The notes beneath the pieces are model-generated. The model did not search any database and was not told the DNA's origin. It saw only the letters and a program-made list of their open reading frames with translations. Positions 24,333 through 34,057 of a stretch of DNA of 35,652 nt are shown one piece after another. Location: IMG/VR virus record IMGVR_UViG_3300033067_000948, positions 1 through 35,652 of that record. One strand, 5' to 3'. Positions within the stretch are counted from its first letter, which is position 1, and each line of letters begins with the position of its first letter. Source of the DNA: a virus. Lineage: Duplodnaviria > Caudoviricetes. The position numbers were made by a program, and so were the translations under genes.

Positions 24333-26932
24333 TGGCAATCATCCGCACTGCTAAGGGTCTGCAAGAAGCTAATCAGGAGACGCTGCGGGATCGCCTACAG
24401 CGGTTGGACCTGCCACAAACCACGGGGGCGGCGCAAGCAGAAGCCCTAGGCGCTACCCCCAAGCAAGCGGATATGGCCGGCACACAGGTGCGCAAGCAGG
24501 CCGTCATCAAAGAGAACCTGACACCAAAGCAAGATCAGCTGGCTTTGTCACAGCGATATGCTCAGCAGCAGGCTGCGCTTACTGGCGGGCAGCAGCAGCA
24601 ATTGGACCAAGCGCAGCAGCTTGCCAAACTTGCTGGCCTCGACACGCGCATCCAAAAGTTAGCCGAGGAACGAATCAACCAGGCTGGGCAGCAGCCTGTG
24701 CAGCGCAAAGCCGAAGACTCTGAGCTGGCCAAGCTCATTCCGGCCACAGACCCTAGGTACCAGCAGGCTGTCGCAGCCCTGGCCGATTACGCCAATGACC
24801 CAGCCAGGCAAGAGTCCGCCTTGGTTGCTTTGACTAATCTGGGCATCACGCCAGCCCAAGTCAACGGCTTACTTGAGACTACGGACGCCGCCCTCGGTCG
24901 CGCTGCCGATCCTACCGCTATCCGGGGCAGCGACCTGGATGCTTCCCTGCGCGATATGGGATATGCCGGCGGCGTGCTAGAACTTAGCCAGCAGCTCGGC
25001 AAAGATGTATCCACCATGGGTGTCGAGGACCTTGTCAAGGAAGTCCAAGCCTACCGAAATAAGGTGACGGCCGAGAAAGAAAAGCTGGAGGCTCAGGCCC
25101 TTAGCCAGACCGGCATGCAACAGCAAGCCGCTATGCAGCAGCTGCAGACATTCCAACAGGCCGGAGGCGTAGGGCAAGAGCAAGCAGTCGAGCGCGCACT
25201 GGCTCCAATAGACATGGCCTCGACGGTGGATGTGGGCGGCCAGAATATGCGAGTGGACCAACTGCTGCAGGACCAAGAGTTCTCAGACCTTATTGAGCAA
25301 TGGGCTATTTCGTCACCAGAAGAGCGCGAAAAATTAATCCCCTCTGCTCAATTTGGTGGGCTGGTTCAATGGATGACTCAAAACGAACAGGCAATTAAGC
25401 AGGCAGCACAGGCGGGCGCGCAGGCCCAGCAGCAGTTTGGTCAAACTCAACAACAAGTTCAAGCGCTTGGCGCAGACGCTATTCAAGATAAGAAATTGTT
25501 GTCCGGCCTGGTACCAGGCTTTGATCCAACCAAAGCCTACACTGCGTCCGATCTGACTAATTTTCAGCAGCAGCTGCAGTCTAGTCCTGCCTATCAGTTC
25601 GCCAAAGCTAGCCCAGAAGGTCGCACGTACATCAACAGTTTTACGCCGGAAGAGCTGCCCCAGCTCCAGGGCATGTCAGTGCCTGACTTGCAGCAGCAGG
25701 CCAACGCCTATCAAAAAGTAAAAGGCAGCCCGGGCCTACAGTCGCGCTACGACCTGGACCCTAATACCAAAGTGTACAGTCAAGCGCAGCTCAACGCGAT
25801 CGACAACTTTACACGCCTGCCGCCGTACATCCAGACGATCGGTACGGATCCTGACTTTAAGTCCTTGACTGTGGATCAACTAAAGTACTTTGATAAAAAC
25901 GGCCAGCTCAACGGCGAAATGGTAGATGAGTTCAAGCAGTTCCTACAAGAGCAAAAGGCCCTAGTGTCCGACAGTGATCAGACGGCGGTGCAGTCGGTGT
26001 TTGGCGGAACAGCAGAAGCCATGAACGCCAAGCGGGCAGAGCTTGAGGCAAGGGCGGCGTATGGTGATCAAGACGCCATCGCAGCGTTGCAGCAGATAAA
26101 ACAATACGACGTGAACAGCGACGGCAGGATCGACGCCACCGACGCCCGTCAGTTGGCTGCCGCACGCAAGGCCGAGCTGGCTGGCAAGGATGTTGAATTC
26201 TTTAAAGGTCAGTACGGCACAGGCACAAAAGGCTTTGAGACGCTGGGCGAGAAGGCCGCAGCTGCTGGGCAAAAGCTGGCTACTAACACAGCTCAGGGTA
26301 TCTATAACGAATTGCAGGATGCTATCAAGACCGGCAACTTTAGCGCCTATACTGACACGCTTTGGGCAGATCCAAAGGCGTATAATCAAATCTTAGAACT
26401 GCAACGACAAGCCGCTGGCAAATTAGATCCGTCTAGTTCTACGATGCAAAAGCTCAATGGGGTTGTCAAAGCCATGCAAGATCGCTTTATCCAAGAAACG
26501 GATAGAGAGGCAGAAACTAGATTTGGTAAGCCTGGAGAGCAAAGCCCAGAAAAGGCCGGAGCGTATAAGCAGTACTTGGACAGCCTTAAAAACAATAGCC
26601 ACCCGCTGGCCCAGCAGGCTTATAAAGCCGGGTTGCGCCAACTGACGCAGTACGCAACTCAGCGAGTTAATGAAGAACTTCCACCTCCGCCTAAAAAACT
26701 TACAGGGCAAGGGTTTGCCCTTGACACAGGACCGGGCGCTGCTCCGGCCTGGCAGGCTTACAAGGCCTACAAAAATAAGCCGGGTTTAATTGCAATAAGT
26801 TTGCCAGAAGCCCAAGCTTACTACGAGTTTACGCGAAACAAGATCATGGCCGATCCTGCATATATTCCTAATTTTGCCGATCCTAATAAGGCAAAAGAAC
26901 TCGCCACCTTCATGAAGAGCAAGGGGTTCTAA
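24332..26932 (+). CDS. putative internal virion (ejection) protein, Q/A-rich, 866 aa
   Basis: TAATG coupling; helical Q/A-rich; located after the nozzle gene. Confidence 0.6.
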   Translation: MAIIRTAKGLQEANQETLRDRLQRLDLPQTTGAAQAEALGATPKQADMAGTQVRKQAVIKENLTPKQDQLALSQRYAQQQAALTGGQQQQLDQAQQLAKLAGLDTRIQKLAEERINQAGQQPVQRKAEDSELAKLIPATDPRYQQAVAALADYANDPARQESALVALTNLGITPAQVNGLLETTDAALGRAADPTAIRGSDLDASLRDMGYAGGVLELSQQLGKDVSTMGVEDLVKEVQAYRNKVTAEKEKLEAQALSQTGMQQQAAMQQLQTFQQAGGVGQEQAVERALAPIDMASTVDVGGQNMRVDQLLQDQEFSDLIEQWAISSPEEREKLIPSAQFGGLVQWMTQNEQAIKQAAQAGAQAQQQFGQTQQQVQALGADAIQDKKLLSGLVPGFDPTKAYTASDLTNFQQQLQSSPAYQFAKASPEGRTYINSFTPEELPQLQGMSVPDLQQQANAYQKVKGSPGLQSRYDLDPNTKVYSQAQLNAIDNFTRLPPYIQTIGTDPDFKSLTVDQLKYFDKNGQLNGEMVDEFKQFLQEQKALVSDSDQTAVQSVFGGTAEAMNAKRAELEARAAYGDQDAIAALQQIKQYDVNSDGRIDATDARQLAAARKAELAGKDVEFFKGQYGTGTKGFETLGEKAAAAGQKLATNTAQGIYNELQDAIKTGNFSAYTDTLWADPKAYNQILELQRQAAGKLDPSSSTMQKLNGVVKAMQDRFIQETDREAETRFGKPGEQSPEKAGAYKQYLDSLKNNSHPLAQQAYKAGLRQLTQYATQRVNEELPPPPKKLTGQGFALDTGPGAAPAWQAYKAYKNKPGLIAISLPEAQAYYEFTRNKIMADPAYIPNFADPNKAKELATFMKSKGF

Positions 26933-27874
26933 GTGGCTACACTGTTTGACAAACTATCCCAGCCAGCGGCTCCTCAGCTGCCTACCAACCAGCAGAGCAG
27001 GATCGAGCAACTACTGGCTGCCAAGAAGGGCAAGGTCGCGCAGGCCCCCGCGCCCACATCAAACATTGGCGAGCAAGTGGCCGGCGACCAGGCCAAGTCT
27101 GCGTTGCAACAGCAAGGTTTGCAAACCGCTCTGCAAGGAGCTGCTGCCAACGTACAACGCCAGGGCCTGGAGCAGGATATAGCCCAGCAGTCCGCCGCGC
27201 AGCAGCAGCAGTTTGACACCCAGCGACAAGGTATGACCGCCGAGACTAACCGCAATCTTGGCACAATGGCTGGCCAGGAGCAGCTACAAATGGTCGAGCT
27301 GGATGCGGCCAAGCAGAGAAAGCTCCGCAGCATCAATAGTCAGGCTGAGTCCCAGTTGCGGGCACTCGCGGCACAGGGCCGGATGGATGTTGACGATCTC
27401 TTTGCCGACTTCAAGCGGTCCAACCAAGAGCTAGAGTTTCGCCAGGATGCCGCGCAGCTTGAGCAGCTTGGCACACTTCTTGCGTTGCAAGACCGTAAGT
27501 ACATCGACGAACTCAACCGGATTGGCGAAAAGCGAAAGCTATATGACAAGACCAACTGGGAAAAGGAAAAGGCGCGCGTGATCTACGGCGAGACACTAGA
27601 TGGTCTTATGCGCGAGCTTAACTTCCAGCGCGGCGAGGACGTGTCAAATCGTGACTATCAGCGCCAGCTTGCGCAGATCGACATTGACACCGCCATTGCC
27701 ATGGCCGAAGCCAGTATGCGTGATGAAGCAACCAGGGCTATGTGGGAGGCCGGTATAGGCGCCGCATCCACAGCAGCTAGTACGGATTGGGACAAGATAC
27801 TTGGACCGAGCACAAAGCCGGAGCCAGGTATGACTTCTGAATCAACCACCGGACGAGTAGCGGGGCCAGTATAA
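26933..27874 (+). CDS. putative ejection protein, 313 aa
   Basis: Q/A-rich coiled coil with a C-terminal AGIGAASTAA segment. Confidence 0.6.
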   Translation: MATLFDKLSQPAAPQLPTNQQSRIEQLLAAKKGKVAQAPAPTSNIGEQVAGDQAKSALQQQGLQTALQGAAANVQRQGLEQDIAQQSAAQQQQFDTQRQGMTAETNRNLGTMAGQEQLQMVELDAAKQRKLRSINSQAESQLRALAAQGRMDVDDLFADFKRSNQELEFRQDAAQLEQLGTLLALQDRKYIDELNRIGEKRKLYDKTNWEKEKARVIYGETLDGLMRELNFQRGEDVSNRDYQRQLAQIDIDTAIAMAEASMRDEATRAMWEAGIGAASTAASTDWDKILGPSTKPEPGMTSESTTGRVAGPV

Positions 27875-28833
27875 TGGATTTTGACGCACTTGCACAAACT
27901 GTGCCAGGTATAAACGAACAGGCCGCTGGACAACAGAAGGCCGCGCGTGATATTTTGCTGCAGCGTCAGGTAGGCGCTCTACCCACTCAACGCGCAGAAG
28001 CTAAGGCTAGTCAGCAGTTGGCCGGCGCAATGACCCAACAGGCAGGACAAGATGCACTCGCAGCCGGACAAGCCCAAGCACAGACCGCCGCGCAAGGTCA
28101 GCAGCTCAGTAATGCGGCACTTCAGAACCAAGCGTCAGCTCAGCTCGCGCAGCGTAAACTCGTACAAAATAAAGCGCTGGCGGACCTTTCATCGGCCAAA
28201 CAAGACGAGATGGCTGTTGCTATGTTACAGTCCCGTAAGCGAGTAATGGACGCCGAGCAACAAGCGGCCGACGCCTTGCAGACCTTTGGTATTGACCAGG
28301 ACAACTCGTTGCAGATGGCAACCATCCAGCAGCGCAAGGATTTGCAGCGCCTGGGTAATGACGTAAAAGACAAGCTTGTCGACAGCCGCCTTCGCTTTGA
28401 AAAGGATGAGATGGGCCGCAAGTTTACTAATGAGCGCCAGCTGTCTGACTACATCTTGAGCAACGCTCGGACGCAACAAGAGTTTGACAGCGAGATGCGC
28501 GGCCTGATCAAAGAGACTGATCAGTATATTCTAACCCTTGATATGATGGAAAACAAAATCAGCCAGGCCATGAAACAAGGGTACATCAAAGAGAAGGGTG
28601 ACCTCGACCGGCAGATGGGCCTGGAACTTGCACGTATGAAAGCCGAGATACAGCGCAAGAAGCAGCGCGAGATGGCCAAGAAACGTAACAATATGGCAGC
28701 ATGGCAAGCGGCCGGATCTATAGCTGGCGGCGCGGCCGGTTTTATATTAAGCGGCGGCAACCCAGCAGTAGCGGCAGTGGCCGCGCAAGCAGGCGGGGCA
28801 GCAGGAACAGGCATAGGCGCAGCCGTAGAATAA
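27874..28833 (+). CDS. putative ejection protein with C-terminal glycine-zipper, 319 aa
   Basis: Ends AAGSIAGGAAGFILSGGNPAVAAVAAQAGGAAGTGIGAAVE. Confidence 0.65.
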   Translation: MDFDALAQTVPGINEQAAGQQKAARDILLQRQVGALPTQRAEAKASQQLAGAMTQQAGQDALAAGQAQAQTAAQGQQLSNAALQNQASAQLAQRKLVQNKALADLSSAKQDEMAVAMLQSRKRVMDAEQQAADALQTFGIDQDNSLQMATIQQRKDLQRLGNDVKDKLVDSRLRFEKDEMGRKFTNERQLSDYILSNARTQQEFDSEMRGLIKETDQYILTLDMMENKISQAMKQGYIKEKGDLDRQMGLELARMKAEIQRKKQREMAKKRNNMAAWQAAGSIAGGAAGFILSGGNPAVAAVAAQAGGAAGTGIGAAVE

Positions 28834-28842
28834 GGAGTTAAC

Positions 28843-30093
28843 GTGGCTACTTACAAAAGACCGTATACACCAGATCGCATACGCTTGCCGGACGAATATG
28901 ACGCCGACGCAGATATGATGACGCAAGAAGAAGACCTGGCTGCACGTGTAGCCAAGTTTCCACAAGGTCCACTGATCCCGGTGCAAGATGACCTTAGCGC
29001 GCAAGCTGCGGCCACAGGCGACGAGCCTGCGGAGCAGTTGATCGGCGAGCAAGCTGCTGCTAATGGTCAGCCAGAGATTGACATTAGCGCGGAGCCTGCC
29101 GACCTTGCTGCACGCCTAAATCAGATTCAAAAAGAAATGGCCAAAGTCAATTTCCCAAAGCGTCGCGAGCGCGGGCCGGGCGTTGACTTGGCCGCTGACA
29201 TTGCCGATCTTAAGAGCCGCCTGTCGGCCTTGGACCAAGAGCAGGACAGTGCCGTAAAAGATATAGAAAAGCGACAACTGTACGGCGAGCTGGCTGCTCA
29301 ACTTGGCAAGTTTGCGGCAGCGGTATATGGCCAGAAAGTTGGCATAGATCTTGCTGGCCTTAAGCCGGACATGCCAAAGTTTGACAACGAGTATGAGCGC
29401 CTGCTGGCTAAGTACAAAGGCCAGAAGGCAGACACGCGCGACGTGGCTGAAGCCGGCATGCGCGATAAGGTGCGCCAGGCCGACCGTCTTGATAAAGAAG
29501 TGTCCGCCCAAGAAGATTATGACCTCAACAAGTTCCGTGCCACTGAGGCAGCCAGGCTCCAGGGCCTGGCGGCTGAGCAGCGTGGCCTACTCACAGCCGA
29601 ACAACTCCGCACTAAGCGCGAAATGGCAAAAGCCCGCGACGCCGAAAAGGAATCCCTGGCTATTGACAAAGCCGCCCTCAAACGCGAAGAGGCTTACGGC
29701 AAGTTGGCGCAGCAGATCAACTCTATCTATCGCGGCAAAGAGAGCGGCACAGTTAAAGCAGCTAAGGCCATGGCTATCCTGCAGACCAACCCATTAACCA
29801 AGTCTATTGACAAGGCTGAATGGGAAGGCGCGCTGCAAGAAGAGGGGTTGCTGTACGGCAAGAACCCCAAGAAGGCTGACGAAGCGTTGGCCGCCATCAC
29901 ACAGAAGCTCAGCGAATTGGCCGTTGCCAACACACCATCTGCTGCAGCCGCTGCGCAGGCATCCGGCCAAAGTCAGCCGCCGGCTCCAATGGTGACGCTT
30001 ATCCACAAGCCATCCGGCGCAAAGAAGCAGTACCCAGCCAATGACCCGGCCGTGGCTAAAGCGCGCAATAACCCGGACTTTGAGGTTAGATAA
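28843..30093 (+). CDS. putative internal virion protein, 416 aa
   Basis: GTG start with AAGGAG SD; helical, charged. Confidence 0.6.
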   Translation: MATYKRPYTPDRIRLPDEYDADADMMTQEEDLAARVAKFPQGPLIPVQDDLSAQAAATGDEPAEQLIGEQAAANGQPEIDISAEPADLAARLNQIQKEMAKVNFPKRRERGPGVDLAADIADLKSRLSALDQEQDSAVKDIEKRQLYGELAAQLGKFAAAVYGQKVGIDLAGLKPDMPKFDNEYERLLAKYKGQKADTRDVAEAGMRDKVRQADRLDKEVSAQEDYDLNKFRATEAARLQGLAAEQRGLLTAEQLRTKREMAKARDAEKESLAIDKAALKREEAYGKLAQQINSIYRGKESGTVKAAKAMAILQTNPLTKSIDKAEWEGALQEEGLLYGKNPKKADEALAAITQKLSELAVANTPSAAAAAQASGQSQPPAPMVTLIHKPSGAKKQYPANDPAVAKARNNPDFEVR

Positions 30094-33068
30094 TGGATCC
30101 ATTCAAGGAGCTTGAGCAGACAGAGCAGGCAGACCCTTTCAAAAAGTTGGAGGGCGTTGATACATCCGATCCATTTGCGGAGCTTGAGCAGCCCTACGGT
30201 GAAAAGCCGAGCTATGTAGAATCCGCTATTCGCGGCGCAGCGCAAGGCGTGTCGTTTAATACGGCAGAAGAACTAACAGGGTTGACCGAAGCGCTGGCGG
30301 CCAAGGCCGAGGGCAGTCGCGAATCGTTCAGTGATTTGTACGTTCGCAGTCGAGACGCATCCAGGGCGGCTTATAAGGCGGCCGAAAAAGCCAACCCCAA
30401 GACGTTCATGGCTAGCCAGATTGCAGCCGGCGTTGCGGTACCAGGGGCTGGCTGGCTGGCTGCAGGTAAAGGTATTGGTACAGCCGCACGTGCTGGCGCG
30501 CTAGCCGGCGGCCTATCAGGCTTTGGTGCAGCTGAGGGTGACGTGGGCGAGCAGCTCAAAGATACTGCAGCCGGAGCAGTTATTGGTGGTGTGGGCGGAG
30601 CGGCGCTGGCCGGAGTGTTCAAAGGTGCCGGCGCAATGCTAGGTGGCGGCAAAGCTGCGCAAGCTATTGCAGATGATCTGCCAGAGCTTATGCCAGCCGC
30701 GCACAAAATAAAAGACACAATTCCAGACAATCTCGATGATGCCCTCAAAGGCCGCGACGCTCAGTTTATGCAATACGTCCTGCGCACCAAGGTGCCGGAG
30801 ACAGTTGAAGAAGCTTTTGTTAAATCAAATGGCAAGCAGAACCAGCGCGTCACTCGCGTAATGGAGCGTGCCCTGGATAACCAAGAACAGTTTGACAACG
30901 TCCTCAACCAGTTCTCGCCCAAGATTCGACAGCAGCTGTACGACGAGTATCGCGGAGCGCAGGCGCTGACCCAAGCCGCCCGCGACCTAAAGTCCAGCTA
31001 TATGAACAAATTGCGCGTTACTGACTATGATCCTGTACAAGGCTGGATGTCGTGGCTCAGACCTGCCAACTTTAATGCGCAGCGAGTGGACGCTAAATAT
31101 GGCTCAGACTTTACAGGCGCAATTCTGGATGCCGTTGATGCTGAGAACAAGCTGGCGTCTGGAGCTACCCCGTTCCTTAAGCAGGCGCTGTCCGTCGAAA
31201 AAGAGATGGCCGCCGCCATGAAGAAATCTAAGTTCAACAATTTTGACGACTTCAGCCGCGACCTTTACATGCGCGTCACACAAGGTAAGTTCAAACCCGG
31301 GTCTTTAGAAAGCAAGGTTGTCCAGTATTTTGACGACGCTCGCAAAACCTTGAACAAAGAGTATGGCCTTAACATCCAAAAGCTGCAGCCCTATGGCAAG
31401 CAGACCGTGTACCTGCCGCGCACGCGCATGGACATGGACACTATGCGTCTCAAACTGGACCGGGCTACTGACCGTCTGTTCTCCGGCGCAATGCCTGAGA
31501 AAGAGCAGAAGGCCTACTGGGACGCAATGCGCTACCTTGGTAAAGAGTTTGGCGAAGAGCTTGACAACACGGCTGACAAGGCTACACTCAAGAGCTTCAT
31601 TGAGAAGCGCCTGCTTAAGACTGCGGAAGAGCGCGGGGCCGTCAAGCGCCTGGAAGCTGCGGCTGCCTTTGGCCGTGACCATGACCTGCCTCCATACATT
31701 GTCGAGTACGATATACCCAAGCTGATGGCCAACTACATCAACGGCAACATGAAGGCCGGCCTATATCAAGTGCCTATGGCTCGCATGTCAGCACAGATTG
31801 AATCAGCCAGGATGCTTGGTATGCCAAAGACGGCCGAGTACTTCCAGAAGGTGCAAGACAGCCTCATGGGCACGCCTAGCGACTGGAAGGCTAAGATGCA
31901 AGAGCGAGCTAGCCAGTGGCGGCTCCAAGGGCAGCGCACGCTGGATGATTCAAGCACGCCGCTTGGCAAGATGCAGGGATTCTTTCAAAAGACGTTGCCA
32001 GACTTTGTGCCGTGGTCCATGGGCAATATGTACTATAACCTGTTGAATCTTAACCCGTACTCCGTAATGCGCAACTTAACACAGCCTATCATGGGCGGCT
32101 CAACTGACATTGCGGCTAGAGCTGGTAACGCATACGCAGCCAAGATCACAGCGCAAGGATTTAAAGATCTGCTCCGCAAGGGCGGCGGGGCAAATCCCAA
32201 CCTGATCGGCTTGGCCAATGAAGGTCCGGTGCGCAACGAAGCGACCCAGGCTATCGTTAAGGGGCTTCGTGACTCTGGTGTGCCGGAGGCCGTGCTTGGC
32301 GGTATCAAGGGCTATGAGAAGGCGTCGGGCCTACTGATGGATATATACTCTGCCGCCGACACCGTCAACCGCCGATGGACCCTCGCAATGGCTGACCGCG
32401 TGGCGGATGACTTCCTTCGCGGCAACCCGTCAGCAGCCAAGGTTGTGGCCGATCTGCCAAAGGGTATTAAGGCACGTATTAGCCAGGCTCAGGAGGCAGG
32501 AAACAGTGAAGCCGTGCGCGAGCAGCTTCGGCGCTGGTTTAATATCCAGCATCAATACTCATACACCAACGCCGACATGAGTCGCCTGGGGCGCGAATTC
32601 GGTTCCGTGTTAACCGCTTTTACCAAGTTCCCTACGTCCGTGGCTTCTGATATTGAGAATGAGTTTTATCGCAAGGGCATATCCGGCGCGTTTCCAGTAA
32701 TGCGTAAGTACCTGTTTCCGCTGGCCGCTTTAGGTGCGGCGGACGTATATACGCGCGAGGCCCGCGAGGATATGGACCCTAAACTAAAGCTGGTTTTTGG
32801 CGATAACTTCAGAGAGCTATCGCCGGCTCTGGGCCTGGTTGTTCAACCGCCTCCTTTAGTTGGCGCGGCGGTCAAAGCTGGCGATGCTGTCGTAAAGGGC
32901 ACGTCTGCACTGGGCGACATGGAGCCAGAAGATATGCCGGAACATGTGCGTAAGACAGGTGTCAAGATCCTTGACGCGGCCGCTCCGTTCTTGCCAGGCT
33001 ACGGCTTCTTCAAGATTACTAAAGGCCGAGCTGAGAAGGCCGGTATAATAGAACCTTCCGAGGAGTGA
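30093..33068 (+). CDS. large DNA-transfer/ejection protein, 991 aa
   Basis: N-terminal DPFxxLE three times, RGAAQGVSFNTAEEL, Gly/Ala-rich membrane-like segments, then a long helical body. Confidence 0.7.
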   Translation: MDPFKELEQTEQADPFKKLEGVDTSDPFAELEQPYGEKPSYVESAIRGAAQGVSFNTAEELTGLTEALAAKAEGSRESFSDLYVRSRDASRAAYKAAEKANPKTFMASQIAAGVAVPGAGWLAAGKGIGTAARAGALAGGLSGFGAAEGDVGEQLKDTAAGAVIGGVGGAALAGVFKGAGAMLGGGKAAQAIADDLPELMPAAHKIKDTIPDNLDDALKGRDAQFMQYVLRTKVPETVEEAFVKSNGKQNQRVTRVMERALDNQEQFDNVLNQFSPKIRQQLYDEYRGAQALTQAARDLKSSYMNKLRVTDYDPVQGWMSWLRPANFNAQRVDAKYGSDFTGAILDAVDAENKLASGATPFLKQALSVEKEMAAAMKKSKFNNFDDFSRDLYMRVTQGKFKPGSLESKVVQYFDDARKTLNKEYGLNIQKLQPYGKQTVYLPRTRMDMDTMRLKLDRATDRLFSGAMPEKEQKAYWDAMRYLGKEFGEELDNTADKATLKSFIEKRLLKTAEERGAVKRLEAAAAFGRDHDLPPYIVEYDIPKLMANYINGNMKAGLYQVPMARMSAQIESARMLGMPKTAEYFQKVQDSLMGTPSDWKAKMQERASQWRLQGQRTLDDSSTPLGKMQGFFQKTLPDFVPWSMGNMYYNLLNLNPYSVMRNLTQPIMGGSTDIAARAGNAYAAKITAQGFKDLLRKGGGANPNLIGLANEGPVRNEATQAIVKGLRDSGVPEAVLGGIKGYEKASGLLMDIYSAADTVNRRWTLAMADRVADDFLRGNPSAAKVVADLPKGIKARISQAQEAGNSEAVREQLRRWFNIQHQYSYTNADMSRLGREFGSVLTAFTKFPTSVASDIENEFYRKGISGAFPVMRKYLFPLAALGAADVYTREAREDMDPKLKLVFGDNFRELSPALGLVVQPPPLVGAAVKAGDAVVKGTSALGDMEPEDMPEHVRKTGVKILDAAAPFLPGYGFFKITKGRAEKAGIIEPSEE

Positions 33069-33070
33069 TT

Positions 33071-33244
33071 ATGGATATCGTACTTAAGGCCCTGATTGCA
33101 ATGGGCATGAAGCTTCTGACAACCAAGGTAATTGAGGAGATGTTTCTCTTTGCAACCAAGCGCCTGGTTGATTTGACTGAGACCAAGGTTGACAATGATT
33201 TTTATGACATCGTTGAGAAAGCTATCAAAGGAGAGAGCAAGTAA
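33071..33244 (+). CDS. small amphipathic protein, 57 aa, not in the ORF track
   Basis: AGGAG SD; MDIVLKALIAMGMKLLTTKVIEEMFLFATKRLVDLTETKVDNDFYDIVEKAIKGESK. Confidence 0.7.
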   Translation: MDIVLKALIAMGMKLLTTKVIEEMFLFATKRLVDLTETKVDNDFYDIVEKAIKGESK

Positions 33245-33393
33245 TGGGATTGCGTATACCTAAGCAAAAACCTTTGAAAGAAAAAGAAGACCCCACGGCC
33301 GGATTTTTAAACAGCATGTATCTGACAGGGCGTCCTGCTACTGTTAAAGATTATAAAGTGCCACTTAAAGGTGGCAGAACAGGGAGTCGCTAA
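33244..33393 (+). CDS. small basic protein, 49 aa, not in the ORF track
   Basis: TAATG coupling at both ends; MGLRIPKQKPLKEKEDPTAGFLNSMYLTGRPATVKDYKVPLKGGRTGSR. Confidence 0.6.
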   Translation: MGLRIPKQKPLKEKEDPTAGFLNSMYLTGRPATVKDYKVPLKGGRTGSR

Positions 33394-33614
33394 TGGGAGC
33401 CAGGGTCCCGCCCCGAAAGAACACCGATTTTCAAAGTGATCGTACAGGTTCGTCCGCACTGCTCAAGCTATTGGATAAACTTTACATTGGCGGCCTCCCG
33501 TCTAGCGAAGCGCCGGCAATTGACGAGATGCCTAAGCCCAAGAAGAAGCTTCCATCTTTGGAAGAAGAAGATGAGAAAATTGATATTCCTTCAAATATCA
33601 TGGGCAGTCCATGA
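33393..33614 (+). CDS. hypothetical protein, 73 aa, possible paralog of 33244-33393
   Basis: TAATG coupling; MGARVPPRK...LLDKLYIGGLP. Confidence 0.6.
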   Translation: MGARVPPRKNTDFQSDRTGSSALLKLLDKLYIGGLPSSEAPAIDEMPKPKKKLPSLEEEDEKIDIPSNIMGSP

Positions 33615-33805
33615 AGTGCCCACACTGCCGGCTGAGCTGGATGCTTCTAATCAGCCATCAGTCTCGCTGGCGGAAATGTGGGATTTGTCGGTTTTGCGCA
33701 AAAGAAGAAGAGTCCGCCGTAGCAGACTCCTCACCTCTTCCAACTCGCGGCGAAGATCTTCAACCTCCCCCGCGAGATTATTCATCTGACGCTGATCTTG
33801 GCTAG
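33611..33805 (+). CDS. small zinc-ribbon protein
   Basis: ATGA overlap; CPHC...CGIC. Confidence 0.55.
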   Translation: MKCPHCRLSWMLLISHQSRWRKCGICRFCAKEEESAVADSSPLPTRGEDLQPPPRDYSSDADLG

Positions 33806-34047
33806 TCAATTTCTTGGGCGGCGGCTCCGATTGGGTCTGCCGCTGCTTCCGTTTCCATTGCATTGAGATGACGTTGTTCTGCACCTTGTATTGCCTGCTC
33901 TAAGGCAGCCAGCATATCAATCCCGCCTTGAGCGCGAATGTACTGGGCAGCATCTCCGGCGTCAGCGATAGGCTGGTTAACGATTGTCTTGACGTGCTCA
34001 TACTGACGGGACATCCAGTCGCGCAGAGCTGTAGCTTCCAATTGCAT
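33802..34047 (-). CDS. hypothetical helical protein, 81 aa
   Basis: GAGG SD before ATG34047 (MQLEATALRD...). Confidence 0.6.
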   Translation of the reverse strand: MQLEATALRDWMSRQYEHVKTIVNQPIADAGDAAQYIRAQGGIDMLAALEQAIQGAEQRHLNAMETEAAADPIGAAAQEID

Positions 34048-34057
34048 ATCGGACCTC

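Noticed and set aside
278-33805. Alternative genetic code or stop-codon readthrough
   Set aside because: Genes tile densely under the standard code, and TAA, TGA and TAG all serve as stops.
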